Origin: an uncultured Gammaproteobacteria bacterium
GTDB taxonomy: Bacteria; Pseudomonadota; Gammaproteobacteria; Magnimaribacterales; TMED112
NCBI GenBank assembly: GCA_964575305.1
Contig: CAZNPG010000002.1
Span: forward strand, 18,026 to 82,025
Direction: 5' to 3'
Length of the DNA stretch: 64,000 nt
The position numbers were made by a program, and so were the translations under genes. Below the pieces are notes generated by a model. The model searched no databases. It was not told the DNA's origin and worked only from the letters and a program-made list of their open reading frames with translations. Positions 1-11,706 of the stretch are shown in pieces; position 1 is the stretch's first letter; each line of letters begins with the position of its first letter.

Positions 1-1146
<1,146 letters not shown>

Positions 1147-2190
1147 CTATTCTAAATAATTTTTTGAGACTCTACCTGAGATATTAGCTAATAAGTTATA
1201 AGTAATTGTATTAAATTCCTCTGAAAGTTCACTAAGGTCTGAATCAAAGTCCCAAATTTTAACACAATCGCCAGTCTTGATAGTATTGTCTTGTTCAAGG
1301 TTAATCATAACTAAATCCATATTAGCTTTTCCTGCTGTTTTAAATTTTTTTCCATTAATCTTAACTGTTATTGGATTAGTAAAATATGGCAATCCATCAC
1401 CATATCCAACTGGGATAGAGCCGATATAACAATCTTTTTCTGCAATCCATAAACCGTCATAACCTATCTTAGTGCCAGCTTTAACCGGTCTTATTGAAAT
1501 AATCTGTGAGCTTAGTGAAGAAACGTTTTTTGTTCCGAATTCATTGTACTTACCACCATAGATAGCAATACCTGGCCTAACAATGTCATGGTGTGCTTCT
1601 GAAAAATTAAATATACCGCCAGAATTGACTAAACTTTTTTTGAATTGCAGAGATTTTGTTGTTTGAGAGAACACCTCTATCTGCTCTTTTGTTTGCTTAT
1701 CATCCTTTATGCTTGATGCTGCAAGGTGAGACATCAAGATAATATCTTTTATCTCTAATTCTTTAACAATATTTAGTGCTTTATGGAATTCTTCTTGATC
1801 AAATCCAAGCCTATTCATCCCGGTATTAATTTTCAACCATATTCTTGAATCTTTTAAATTGAAGTTCGTAATGTTTTTCAACTGCCAGCTGGAATGCACT
1901 ACAAAATCAAATTTATATTTTTCAATTAACTTATAGTCATTTTGTTCATGAACGCCTTGCAAAAGTAAAATTGGCTTATCGGTATATTTGCGGAGATCTA
2001 ATGCTTCATCCAATGTGATTACTGAAAAGGATTCAACTTTATTTTCTATGGTTTTAGCTACTTCTGAAGCACTCAAACCATAACTGTTAGCTTTTACAAC
2101 TGCTTGAATGTCAGCATTTGTATATTCTTTTATTACATCTATATTGTGATTGAGATTTGAAAGTTTAATCTTCAGTTCTGTCTTGCGCAT
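1147..2190 (-). CDS. alr: Alanine racemase
   Basis: 347-aa ORF with the PLP-lysine motif VVKANSYGLS near the N-terminus and the GYGDG motif near the C-terminus. It lies downstream of dnaB, as in many gammaproteobacteria. Confidence 0.9.
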   Translation of the reverse strand: MRKTELKIKLSNLNHNIDVIKEYTNADIQAVVKANSYGLSASEVAKTIENKVESFSVITLDEALDLRKYTDKPILLLQGVHEQNDYKLIEKYKFDFVVHSSWQLKNITNFNLKDSRIWLKINTGMNRLGFDQEEFHKALNIVKELEIKDIILMSHLAASSIKDDKQTKEQIEVFSQTTKSLQFKKSLVNSGGIFNFSEAHHDIVRPGIAIYGGKYNEFGTKNVSSLSSQIISIRPVKAGTKIGYDGLWIAEKDCYIGSIPVGYGDGLPYFTNPITVKINGKKFKTAGKANMDLVMINLEQDNTIKTGDCVKIWDFDSDLSELSEEFNTITYNLLANISGRVSKNYLE

Positions 2191-3523
2191 AACTATTCAT
2201 TATTTCAGGAGCAAGATTATCGAACCTTGTTAATTCATCTCTAAATGACAACAGAACCCTTTTTGTTGGTCCGTTCCTATGTTTAACTAAATTTAGTTCA
2301 GCTACAGCTTTCCATTCTTCATTTTTGTTATAGACCCAGTCTCTGTAAAGCATAAAAATTAAGTCAGCGTCTTGCTCAATTGCACCAGAATCACGCAAAT
2401 CAGACATTTGAGGTCGTTTATTAGGTCTTTGCTCAACTCCCCTATTTAGCTGCGATAACACAATAACAGGAGCTTTAACTTCTTTTGCTAAACCTTTAAG
2501 GGCTCGAGAGATATCGGATAATTCATTTACTCTATTCTCTGTCCTGCCTGGCATTTGCATAAGCTGTATATAGTCAATGACTACAAGACTTAAACCTCCT
2601 TTGTCTCTAAATTGCTTGGCTAGTCTTCTAGATTTTGCTCTTATTTCAACAGGCGAAATATTGGGAGTATCATCAATATAAATATCTAATTCTTTAAGTT
2701 TAGCCGACTGCTGAGCTATCTTCTCCCATTGCCTATCAGTTAAGTTTGCTGACTTAACATTTGATTGGGATATTCCTGCCATGGATGCCATCATTCTTGC
2801 TGTAAGTGATTGAGAAGACATCTCCAAACTAAAAACTGCTACACAACCATCCTCATTTTTTGCAATATTCTCTGCAATATTCATTGCTAATGAAGTTTTC
2901 CCCATACTTGGCCTACCTGCAATAACTATTAAATCTTCATCCTGAAGTCCTTGTGTGATTCCATCAACTGCCTTAAAGCCAGAAGATAAGCCAATTAGTT
3001 CACCTTGTTTTTTTGCAAGTTCATCAAGCCTATCTAAAGTTTGCCCAACGTACTCATCAATCTTTTTCAAAGAGTCTGTTTTTGATCTGTTTTCAGAGAG
3101 TTCAAAGATCTTAGTTTCAGCATCATTCAAGAGATCATCGCTTGTCTTTCCTTTTGGATCTTTTGCTGTATTTAATAATTCATTTAAGACTTTTCTAAGA
3201 TTCCTATCAACAGATTGTTCTTTAACAGAATTGGCATAACTATCTGCATTAAATGCCGTTATTGGAATAGTTTGTAATTCCTTAAGATAATCAACACCAC
3301 CAACTCTTTTGAGAGAATTTTTTCTATCTAAGAGCTTTGAGACAGTTATATGATCGGTAGCTTTGCCCTGGTCTGCTAATTCTTTAATGCATTCATAGAT
3401 TTCTTTATGGACATCAGATTCAAAATCACCTGAGGTAATTAATGCATCTACTTCCGGATACTTCTCGACTGATAGTAGCAGCGAGCCTAAAACTGCTTGC
3501 TCTAATTCTGTGTTACTTGGCAT
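2165..3523 (-). CDS. dnaB: Replicative DNA helicase DnaB
   Basis: 452 aa. It has the N-terminal DnaB motif (ELEQAVLGSLLL), Walker A GRPSMGKTSLAMNIA and a RecA-like C-domain (VVIDYIQLM, SQLNR). Confidence 0.95.
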   Translation of the reverse strand: MPSNTELEQAVLGSLLLSVEKYPEVDALITSGDFESDVHKEIYECIKELADQGKATDHITVSKLLDRKNSLKRVGGVDYLKELQTIPITAFNADSYANSVKEQSVDRNLRKVLNELLNTAKDPKGKTSDDLLNDAETKIFELSENRSKTDSLKKIDEYVGQTLDRLDELAKKQGELIGLSSGFKAVDGITQGLQDEDLIVIAGRPSMGKTSLAMNIAENIAKNEDGCVAVFSLEMSSQSLTARMMASMAGISQSNVKSANLTDRQWEKIAQQSAKLKELDIYIDDTPNISPVEIRAKSRRLAKQFRDKGGLSLVVIDYIQLMQMPGRTENRVNELSDISRALKGLAKEVKAPVIVLSQLNRGVEQRPNKRPQMSDLRDSGAIEQDADLIFMLYRDWVYNKNEEWKAVAELNLVKHRNGPTKRVLLSFRDELTRFDNLAPEIMNSYAQDRTED

Positions 3524-3972
3524 TACGTTGGTTTTACTTCTATAGATATAGATTTAACTATTTCTGGATGAAGTTCAACGTTTATTGTAAATTCTCCGAC
3601 CTCTTTTATAGGTCCGGACAACAAAATTATAGATGACTTAGTAATAAAATCGTGACCTTCTGCATGCATAGCGTCTAAAATCTCATTTACACCAACTGAC
3701 CCAAAAAGCGTTCCACTTTCCTGAGCATTAGCAGATATAGTTAACTTAAGATCATTAAGATGAATTGCATTTGCTTCTGCAAGAGATAGTTCATCTTGAG
3801 CTTTTTTTAGATATTCTTCTTTCTTTTCTTCAAAATCTTTTATGTATTTATCAGTTGCAGGTAATGCTTTGTGATAAGGCAATAGAAAGTTACGTGCAAA
3901 GCCAGATTTAACATCGACAATATCACCAATATTTCCAAGATTTTTTATCTTGGTTACTAAAACTACTTTCAT
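3523..3972 (-). CDS. rplI: 50S ribosomal protein L9
   Basis: 149 aa. The N-terminus [32 protein letters not shown] matches the L9 consensus. Synteny is rpsF-rpsR-rplI-dnaB. Confidence 0.95.
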   Translation of the reverse strand: MKVVLVTKIKNLGNIGDIVDVKSGFARNFLLPYHKALPATDKYIKDFEEKKEEYLKKAQDELSLAEANAIHLNDLKLTISANAQESGTLFGSVGVNEILDAMHAEGHDFITKSSIILLSGPIKEVGEFTINVELHPEIVKSISIEVKPT

Positions 3973-4175
3973 TTGTTTTCTTCGATTTTATGTTTGTCAG
4001 TGAATGGAAGTAGACCAAGCAACCTTGCTTTCTTTACTGCTTTTGTTAGCTTGCGCTGTTCTTTTGCGTTAAGTCTTGTATATCTTGAAGAGAGAATTTT
4101 TCCATTTTCAGATATAAAGCCTCTTAGAGTATCAGGATCTCTATAATCAATATTTACTTTTTTTTCTTCTGTCAT
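3969..4175 (-). CDS. rpsR: 30S ribosomal protein S18
   Basis: 68 aa. [39 protein letters not shown] matches the S18 core. It overlaps rplI by 4 nt. Confidence 0.95.
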   Translation of the reverse strand: MTEEKKVNIDYRDPDTLRGFISENGKILSSRYTRLNAKEQRKLTKAVKKARLLGLLPFTDKHKIEENK

Positions 4176-4459
4176 TATGAGGCTAATTTTACAGTTAAAT
4201 GTCTAAATACATTTTGGTCATATCTAAATTTTTCTTCGAGTAAATCTAGTGTTTCAGGCTCTACATTCACATCTAGATGAACATAGTTAGCATAATTCAT
4301 GTTATTGATTGGGTAAGCAAGCTGTCTTTTCCCCAACAATTTTGTGTCAACTAAGTCACCTTTATTGTCAGAAATAAGTTTTTTTAGACCATCAATGAAA
4401 TCATCAACTTCATCCATTGTATTGGGGTTTAAAAGAAGCATTAATTCGTATTTTTGCAT
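4175..4459 (-). CDS. rpsF: 30S ribosomal protein S6
   Basis: [13 protein letters not shown]... matches the S6 N-terminus (E. coli MRHYEIVFMVHP). I prefer the ATG at 4459 over the upstream GTG at 4462 used by the track. That ATG overlaps the ftsA TGA stop (TGATG). Confidence 0.9.
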   Translation of the reverse strand: MQKYELMLLLNPNTMDEVDDFIDGLKKLISDNKGDLVDTKLLGKRQLAYPINNMNYANYVHLDVNVEPETLDLLEEKFRYDQNVFRHLTVKLAS

Positions 4460-5655
4460 CACAATTCAGTTCTTATCCATTCAAGCACTCGGGCTATAAT
4501 ACCCTTGCTTTGATTAAAGGTAAACTCTTTATCTTGTTCTAAAGCATAAAATTTAATCAGCCCCAACAGAGCACTAAATTCAGGTTTTAAAAGTTTTGCT
4601 GATTTTTCAGGCAAATTATTTTCTGGCATTCCTATTTTAAATAAATTTTTAGTAACTCTTTCCCCTAAATCAACCATTCCTTCGAGGTTTGCTGAACCTC
4701 CTGTTAGAACAAATCCTCCGGCAATATGATTTATTAGTCCATTTTCCTCTAAGGAACTTACGCAATGTCTTAATATCTTCGAAAATGAATGCTCTATTTG
4801 GCCAGCAAGTACTTTTCTTGAAATGGATTGATTGCTACCAGAAACCTTTATCTTGAGCATATCTTCAGTTGCAATATCTGAAAAAGCACACCCATATTTC
4901 TTTTTAATTTGCTCTGCATCACTTGAAGAAATATCTAATGACAACGCGATTGATTCTGTGACGTAATCCCCTGCATATGGTAGAACTTTGGAGAATAAGA
5001 TTGAACCATTTTTATAAACTGAAATATCAGTTGTTCCAGCACCTATGTCAATTAAACATACACCTAATTTTTTTTGCTCTTCACTCAGAACTACTTCTGC
5101 AACCCCTAATTGATTAAAGTAAAAGCTAGTAACTGATAATGATTTTGAAGCTAGTCTGATACATTTTAAAATATTTTCTTTTGCATTCTTTGAAAAATGT
5201 ATTAAATGCGATTTAGCCTCCAGCTTTATACCATTCATACCCAGCGGATTTTTAATGCCGTTTTGACCGTCAACTAAATATTCACAAGGTACAGCATATA
5301 AAAGAGTTTTGTCATTTGGTACTTTCATTGTTTTTGACATATTTAAAGCTTTTTCTATATCTCTAAAAGTTACCTCCCGATCTGTTATCTTCACCTGTCC
5401 TATTGAGTTCGTGCTAGATATTTCTTCACCCGACAGCCCAATATGTAATTCTTTTATTTTTTCGTTTGACTGACTTTCAATTTGGTTAATACAATCAAGT
5501 ATTGCTTTTGCAGTAGAAGAAATATTTATTATTGAACCTCTTTTTATTCCTGAAGTCTCAACACTTGAGAAAGCTACAACTTCTGGAGTTGTGGTCTCAT
5601 TTTTAATTAAAATAGCAGATATTTTTGATGTTCCCAGATCTAATAAGCAAATCAT
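4459..5655 (-). CDS. ftsA: Cell division protein FtsA (actin-like ATPase)
   Basis: 398 aa. It has the actin-fold phosphate motifs (LDLGTSK, DIGAGTTDISVY, VLTGGSANL) and a C-terminal amphipathic tail (IIARVLEWIRTEL). It lies after ftsQ. Confidence 0.9.
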   Translation of the reverse strand: MICLLDLGTSKISAILIKNETTTPEVVAFSSVETSGIKRGSIINISSTAKAILDCINQIESQSNEKIKELHIGLSGEEISSTNSIGQVKITDREVTFRDIEKALNMSKTMKVPNDKTLLYAVPCEYLVDGQNGIKNPLGMNGIKLEAKSHLIHFSKNAKENILKCIRLASKSLSVTSFYFNQLGVAEVVLSEEQKKLGVCLIDIGAGTTDISVYKNGSILFSKVLPYAGDYVTESIALSLDISSSDAEQIKKKYGCAFSDIATEDMLKIKVSGSNQSISRKVLAGQIEHSFSKILRHCVSSLEENGLINHIAGGFVLTGGSANLEGMVDLGERVTKNLFKIGMPENNLPEKSAKLLKPEFSALLGLIKFYALEQDKEFTFNQSKGIIARVLEWIRTEL

Positions 5656-6276
5656 TTAACTATTTTTTAATACGTATCCTTGATGGTATCTTAAATCTAG
5701 AATAATTGGCTTTGAATCATTTTGTTCTAAATTTTTTGTAATCTTATTCAATTTTTCTAGACGATTATCTAAGTCTGTCTTACCAATGTAGGCATTAACT
5801 TTCTTAGTTTGTACTTCCCATCCTGATAACTCAGAATAATTAAGAGCAATAAGATCTGTAAGATATTTTTTAATAGTATTGGCCTGAGATATAGTTTTAT
5901 TCGATATATCATTTTCTTTTATTGATAATTTTGGAATCTGAAGGGATGAGGGCATAAAAAATAGATCAAATTTATGATCAAAATAAAAATTCTTATTACT
6001 TCTAAATATTGGGTCTTTCAATACTAGGTTGTATGACAAGTCTTTCCTAGAATCTGTCTTAGAGAAAGCTTTAACCCAGTCTTTTGTTTTTACATAGGCA
6101 CCTAAATTTCTTCCCTTATAAAGATTTATTTTTATGTCACTTACACATTCCATGCAATTCACACTCATTGAAATATTTGCAGAAATAATTTTTTTATCGT
6201 TTTTTAAAAAACCAAACATGTAGATAAAGCATGTAGATAAAAAAATGGTTAAAAGTATTTTATATTGAGTCTTCAA
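5656..6276 (-). CDS. ftsQ: Cell division protein FtsQ (short, 206 aa)
   Basis: It has an N-terminal TM segment and the C-terminal motif ILDLRYHQGYVL (cf. FtsQ VDLRY..G). It sits between ddl and ftsA. Confidence 0.75.
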   Translation of the reverse strand: MKTQYKILLTIFLSTCFIYMFGFLKNDKKIISANISMSVNCMECVSDIKINLYKGRNLGAYVKTKDWVKAFSKTDSRKDLSYNLVLKDPIFRSNKNFYFDHKFDLFFMPSSLQIPKLSIKENDISNKTISQANTIKKYLTDLIALNYSELSGWEVQTKKVNAYIGKTDLDNRLEKLNKITKNLEQNDSKPIILDLRYHQGYVLKNS

Positions 6277-7153
6277 TGATTCTTGTAATTAGTTCCTGAT
6301 AATTTATGCCTGAAATTTTTGCTGCTAGTGGGAAAAGACTGTTTTCTGTAAATCCAGGGACAGTATTTATTTCAAGAACTCCAAAATCTTTTCCATTGAA
6401 GACAAAATCTACTCTTCCCCAAGTCTGACAACCATGTTGATAAAAAGCTTTTAATGCTATTTTTTGGAGTTCTTTCTTGATCTCTTTATCAACAACTTCA
6501 ACTTTTTTTGTATTTTTACTTACATATTTAGCCTGATAGTCATAAAAGCCTTTATTATCATTTGCGATTATTTCTAATGGTTCAAGAGCCTCACCTTTTA
6601 AAATTCCAACTGTATATTCTGCCGTGTTGTATGCTTCCTCGATTATCACATCTTCTGAAAATTTTCTTGCTTCTTTTATTGCTTGATCTAATTGTTTAAA
6701 GCCTGTTACCTTAGATACTCCAAAGCTAGATCCATTGCTATTAGGTTTAACAAAAAAATTCTCTCTTGATAAAAAGAACTCATTTTTTAAATCTGGTTTC
6801 TTATTTTTACGTATTATTTTATAAGGAGGTGTGGGTATTTTATTTTTTTTCATTAAAGCTTTTGAAGAAATCTTATCCCAACAAAGTTTCGCAGAATCTT
6901 CACCTGAACCAGTGAACTTTATACCATTATCTGCTAAAAGTTTTTGAGTCTCTCCATCTTCTCCTCCCAAACCATGAACAGCAATAAATACAACTGTATC
7001 TTCTTTTATTAATTCTATTTTTAGATCTTTAATATTCAGAAGAGATGCGCAAAACTTTGATTGATCAATATTTTTTAATATACCTTCTGCACTTTGTGCG
7101 GAAATTTCATTTTCAACAGAGTCTCCTCCGAAAATAATTACAACATCTCTCAT
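6260..7153 (-). CDS. ddl: D-alanine--D-alanine ligase
   Basis: 297 aa. VFIAVHGLGGEDGETQKLLADNGIKFTGSG matches the Ddl N-domain, and the ATP-grasp C-terminal part is present (WGRVDF, LEINTVPG). Confidence 0.9.
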   Translation of the reverse strand: MRDVVIIFGGDSVENEISAQSAEGILKNIDQSKFCASLLNIKDLKIELIKEDTVVFIAVHGLGGEDGETQKLLADNGIKFTGSGEDSAKLCWDKISSKALMKKNKIPTPPYKIIRKNKKPDLKNEFFLSRENFFVKPNSNGSSFGVSKVTGFKQLDQAIKEARKFSEDVIIEEAYNTAEYTVGILKGEALEPLEIIANDNKGFYDYQAKYVSKNTKKVEVVDKEIKKELQKIALKAFYQHGCQTWGRVDFVFNGKDFGVLEINTVPGFTENSLFPLAAKISGINYQELITRIIEDSI

Positions 7154-8538
7154 TTATATATAGCCAGTACTGAATTCGATATATCTACAATGTTTCCTGC
7201 ACCCTGTGTAATTAGAATTTCTTCATCTCCCATCACAGAATCTAAATGCTTGCATATTTCTTTTAAATTTTTAGCAAAAAAAGCATTTCTTCCTTTATCT
7301 ACTAAAGCATTCACAAATGCGTAAGCAGTAATGTTTTCTGGGTTTTGCTCGCCTGCTGAATAGATATCTAAAACAACTAAATTATCAACCTCGGATAAGC
7401 ATTCTATAAATTCATCAAATAAAAAAATTGACCTGGAATACCTATGAGGTTGAAAAATCATTGAAATCTTCTTCTTTGGATTCGTGGCTTTTACAGCATC
7501 TATGGTGGCTTTTATCTCTGTTGGGTGATGCCCATAATCATCGATGAGTTTAACTCTATTTTTATTTATAATGATTTCTCCTTTATGCTCCATTCTTCTT
7601 GAAACACCACTAAAATTCATGAAGGATTCTTTGATAATTTTTATATTAATTCCTGCTTTTTGAGAAACGATGAATGCTGCTGTAGCATTTAGAGCATTAT
7701 GACGGCCAGCTAATGCCAATTTAAAGCTAGTTTCTTTCCCAGTAGAATTCTTAACAATTACAAATTCTTGAAATACATCATTCTGTTTAAGTTCTTTAAT
7801 GAAGTAATCAGCCTTTTTATCGAACCCATAGGAAATTTTTGGTCTTGAGAGTTTCTCATATACTGATTTTGATCTCTCACCATCAATACACATGATTGCA
7901 TTACCATAGAAAGGAAGGTTTTCTAAAAATTGCAGAAAAGTAGAATCAAGTTTTTCTAAATCATTCGAATAGAAATCTAGATGATCATTATCTATATTTG
8001 TAACAATACTTATTTCTGGATTAAGGTGTAAAAATGAAGCATCGCTCTCATCAGCTTCTACAATTAAATATTCACTTGACCCTAAAATGCTCTTATTTTC
8101 TTGTCCTAATATTTTCCCCCCAATTATAAATGTTGGGTCTAATTTTGCTCTAATAAAAATATCAGCAATTAAGCTAGTTGTTGTAGTTTTGCCATGCGAA
8201 CCAGCAACAGCAATACTTTGAAACCCTCTCATTAAACTTGATAGCATTTCTGCTCTGGGGATAAGTGTTGTATTTAAAGACTTTGCAGCCTTCATCTCAG
8301 GATTTGATTCACTAACTGCAGAAGAATATACAACCACATCAGCATCTCTAACATTCTTTTCATTATGACCAATAAAAATCTTTGCCCCGAGATTCTGAAG
8401 CCTACTTGTATTTTTATTTTTTACTAGATCGCTTCCACTTACATTAAATCCCTGATTTATAAGCATTTCTGCAATACCAACCATGCCAACGCCGCCTATA
8501 CCTATAAAGTGGATTTTCTTAATGTTGCTTAATTTCAT
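7150..8538 (-). CDS. murC: UDP-N-acetylmuramate--L-alanine ligase
   Basis: 462 aa. It has IHFIGIGGVGMVGIAEML and the Mur ligase P-loop GSHGKTTTTSL. Position in the dcw cluster fits. Confidence 0.95.
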   Translation of the reverse strand: MKLSNIKKIHFIGIGGVGMVGIAEMLINQGFNVSGSDLVKNKNTSRLQNLGAKIFIGHNEKNVRDADVVVYSSAVSESNPEMKAAKSLNTTLIPRAEMLSSLMRGFQSIAVAGSHGKTTTTSLIADIFIRAKLDPTFIIGGKILGQENKSILGSSEYLIVEADESDASFLHLNPEISIVTNIDNDHLDFYSNDLEKLDSTFLQFLENLPFYGNAIMCIDGERSKSVYEKLSRPKISYGFDKKADYFIKELKQNDVFQEFVIVKNSTGKETSFKLALAGRHNALNATAAFIVSQKAGINIKIIKESFMNFSGVSRRMEHKGEIIINKNRVKLIDDYGHHPTEIKATIDAVKATNPKKKISMIFQPHRYSRSIFLFDEFIECLSEVDNLVVLDIYSAGEQNPENITAYAFVNALVDKGRNAFFAKNLKEICKHLDSVMGDEEILITQGAGNIVDISNSVLAIYK

Positions 8539-9517
8539 TTGCTATTTTTCTTGCAGATTCCAAGTGTATACTTTTCCTCATTTTTTTACTTAAATCTTGA
8601 TGATTAAGACCATCAAATTCTCTTATAATTTTTAGAAAATTATCTTCATCGAATTCTTTTTCATTTAGAATTATTCCACCACCATCTTGGCATGCTATTT
8701 CTGCATTTTTTAACTGATGGTTATCTATAGAATCCGGTAAAGGAATAAATATTGCTGGCAAACCTAAGCTTTGAACTTCTGCAACAGTTGATGCCCCTGC
8801 TCTGCAAATAATAAACTTAGCTTTTGACATCACTTCCGGCATATTTTTAATAAATTCTAGATATTTAATATTTTTATTTGAAATGAAATTGTTATTGTTG
8901 CCAGTCTGAAAGATGACCTTTGTTTTTAAAGATAATTTTTCAAAAATATTTGGTAGGTTTTTATTGAAAAAGGAGGCTCCCTGACTGCCACCCAAGACAA
9001 GAATATGTTCCTTTTCTATTAAACCTGAATCAAAATTATTAAAATCTGGTCGAACTGGTTGGCCATGGTTAAATTCTTTCTTTATATTTAATTTAAAGGT
9101 TGAAAAAACCTTCTTTGCAAAAGGCAAACTTAATTTATTAGCCGATCCTAATATAGAGTTTTGTTCATGTATGTAAATTGGCTTGAAGAGTAGGATTGAT
9201 GAAATCAATCCTACTACTGAGACATAGTTACCCATTAATAAGATACTTGATGGCTTAAATTTTATGAGCAAAAATATTGTCGAAAAAATACCTAAGATTG
9301 AATTTATTGGCCATGATAATTTTTCTAATAAGCTTTTACCTCTGAAACCAGATACATTTAAATGCTTAACTTCAAAGCCTGAATCTCGATAAATTTTTTT
9401 TTCTAATTCTCTGTTAGAAGCAATGAAAATCACATTTTCTTTACCAAATTCCTTAGCAATAGAAAGTGCTGGGTAAATATGGCCACCTGTTCCAGCTGCA
9501 AAAATAGCAATTTTCAT
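8519..9517 (-). CDS. murG: UDP-GlcNAc:lipid I N-acetylglucosaminyltransferase MurG
   Basis: 332 aa. The N-terminal AAGTGGHIYPALSIA motif (GT28) is present. It sits between ftsW and murC. Confidence 0.9.
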   Translation of the reverse strand: MKIAIFAAGTGGHIYPALSIAKEFGKENVIFIASNRELEKKIYRDSGFEVKHLNVSGFRGKSLLEKLSWPINSILGIFSTIFLLIKFKPSSILLMGNYVSVVGLISSILLFKPIYIHEQNSILGSANKLSLPFAKKVFSTFKLNIKKEFNHGQPVRPDFNNFDSGLIEKEHILVLGGSQGASFFNKNLPNIFEKLSLKTKVIFQTGNNNNFISNKNIKYLEFIKNMPEVMSKAKFIICRAGASTVAEVQSLGLPAIFIPLPDSIDNHQLKNAEIACQDGGGIILNEKEFDEDNFLKIIREFDGLNHQDLSKKMRKSIHLESARKIANEIKQH

Positions 9518-9518
9518 A

Positions 9519-10640
9519 TTATTTTATTTTATTCCTAAACTCCCAGCTTGCTCTCAAAGTAATAGCTAGAGCAATGAAATTCATAATAACACTACTTCTT
9601 CCATAGCTAATGAAAGGAAGGGTTAAGCCTTTTGTAGGTATGACGCCTAAATTTACAAAAATATTTAAAGCTGTTTGAATAAAAAATAATAATGCAAATG
9701 AAGTTATTAATAAGCTATTAAAAAAATAATTCTGTTTATTTGAAGTTTCAGCAAGCTTAAAAAGCCTCCAAAGAATCACAAAATAGCATGCCATAAGAAC
9801 AGAAAACCCAACCAATCCTGTTTCTTCTAGAAAAATTGAAAAAATAAAATCAGTATGTGCTTCTGGCAGAAAAAAATATTTTTGTGTACTCTCCCCTATG
9901 CCTAAGCCTGTTAAACCACCCTGGACTGAAGCAATTAGGGCATTAATTAATTGATAATCCGAGCCTGTCATGTCATCCCATGGGTTTGCATATGATAAAA
10001 CCCTATCTAATCTCTCTGGATTAAAATAAATAGCAATTGATAAGAATGTGATAAAAATTACAGTCAAAATAGACAGCTGTGATATTTTTGCGCCACCAAT
10101 AAATAATATGCAAATTGCTATGGAAAAAAGTATTGCAGTATTTCCATAGTCAGGCTCCAAAAATAATAACAATCCTATAATAGTTGTAACAGCAATTGGT
10201 TTGATAAATCCTTTCCAACTTGATTCAAGCTGCTCTCTTCTTCTTAAGCAGTAACTGCAAAGATATAAAGGCAGAAATACTTTCACTATTTCAGAAGGTT
10301 GAATATTTATTGGTCCAATAGATAACCATCTTGTGGCTCCATTTCTCTCAATGCCTATACCTGGAACTAAGACTAAAGCAAGTAATATTGAACTTAGCAA
10401 TAATAGAATTAAGCCATTCTGCCTATAAAAGGAAATTGGTATAAACAGGAATACTGCACATGCTATTAGAGATATAGATAAAGCAACTATTTGCCTTTGT
10501 AAGAAAAAAAAAGGATTTCCATAATCAGCGTATGCAATAACATTTGATGATGAATAAATAAAAACAAGACTTATGCTCGTTATGATTAAAATTGGCAGCA
10601 ATAAAGTGATATCCAATAAGTTTTCTTTTTTCCTAATCAA
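9519..10640 (-). CDS. ftsW: SEDS peptidoglycan polymerase / cell division protein FtsW
   Basis: 373 aa and polytopic. The conserved SEDS motif FLPEAHTDFIFSIFLEETGLVG is present. Position in the dcw cluster fits. Confidence 0.9.
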   Translation of the reverse strand: MIRKKENLLDITLLLPILIITSISLVFIYSSSNVIAYADYGNPFFFLQRQIVALSISLIACAVFLFIPISFYRQNGLILLLLSSILLALVLVPGIGIERNGATRWLSIGPINIQPSEIVKVFLPLYLCSYCLRRREQLESSWKGFIKPIAVTTIIGLLLFLEPDYGNTAILFSIAICILFIGGAKISQLSILTVIFITFLSIAIYFNPERLDRVLSYANPWDDMTGSDYQLINALIASVQGGLTGLGIGESTQKYFFLPEAHTDFIFSIFLEETGLVGFSVLMACYFVILWRLFKLAETSNKQNYFFNSLLITSFALLFFIQTALNIFVNLGVIPTKGLTLPFISYGRSSVIMNFIALAITLRASWEFRNKIK

Positions 10641-11706
10641 GATATGCAGCCCTCAACTTATTAAAATGCTCTCCTCGTTCGATATAATTAGCATAATCAT
10701 TTCCGCTTGGATTTCCTGGACTGAATAAAAGATTATGAAAATCTTCTTCACTTCTTAAAATCTCAAATATTTCATGCAACTCATTACAAATTGTAATGTT
10801 TGGGTGTGAAATAAGTTTAGAAAGCTCTTTTTTGTGGTGGCCAAAAATAAATATTCTTTTTGGTCCTGTAATTTCAAGCTTCTTATATTTTTCTTTTTTT
10901 GGATCTCCACAAATTATTAAATTTCCCATAAATTTGAGTTTGCTTAGAGCATATAAAAGTGAAGCAGAATTAGTAGATTTAGAATCATTGAAAACGCCTT
11001 TAGAGATATTTTCAAGCCTAAATGGTAAGTTAGTAAATGTTATATCTTCCGACAAATTGACTGATTCTACTTTGGATACAAAATTGATAGCTATTTCTTT
11101 ATAGGAATCATTTTGACAAAAGACAGTTTGACCCAGTTCTGAACAAATCTTTAGTTTGGCATTTTTATAGTTTTCAAAATTTCTATGGAAATCAATATGA
11201 TCGTTTTGAATATTAGTAATAAATGAAAAATCAAAATTGTTATCTTTCATTTTTTCAAGCTGGAAACTAGATACTTCTATGACGCTATATTTATTTTCAT
11301 GATTTATATTGTCAAGCAAAGGGTTGCCTATATTTCCTAAAGCAATGGAACTGCTTAAATGGTTTAGAGCTTGGTTTAGATAATGGACGAGTGTACTCTT
11401 GCCGTTTGTTCCGGTAACTCCAATCTTTATAGATTTATTTTCTTTAAAAAATATATCTACATCAGTTTCATAATCTAACTCAGAAATGATTTTAGGAGAG
11501 AGATACTTTCTTATATCAATACCTGGAGAGATATACAGTTTTTTATATTCAAAAATTTTTTTGTTTTTGATGTCGTTTAAAGTATTTTTTTTGTCAGAAA
11601 GTTTTGATGCATCTTCATCAAATATATCAAACTTGATAGATTTTTTTGTTAGATATCGTTCAAAAGATTTTCCAGTAGAACCATAGCCGACAATAAGTGA
11701 TTTCAT
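10633..11706 (-). CDS. murD: UDP-N-acetylmuramoylalanine--D-glutamate ligase (short, 357 aa)
   Basis: It has the Mur ligase P-loop GVTGTNGKSTLVHYL and an N-terminal Rossmann-like IVGYGSTGKS. It sits between mraY and ftsW. Confidence 0.85.
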   Translation of the reverse strand: MKSLIVGYGSTGKSFERYLTKKSIKFDIFDEDASKLSDKKNTLNDIKNKKIFEYKKLYISPGIDIRKYLSPKIISELDYETDVDIFFKENKSIKIGVTGTNGKSTLVHYLNQALNHLSSSIALGNIGNPLLDNINHENKYSVIEVSSFQLEKMKDNNFDFSFITNIQNDHIDFHRNFENYKNAKLKICSELGQTVFCQNDSYKEIAINFVSKVESVNLSEDITFTNLPFRLENISKGVFNDSKSTNSASLLYALSKLKFMGNLIICGDPKKEKYKKLEITGPKRIFIFGHHKKELSKLISHPNITICNELHEIFEILRSEEDFHNLLFSPGNPSGNDYANYIERGEHFNKLRAAYLD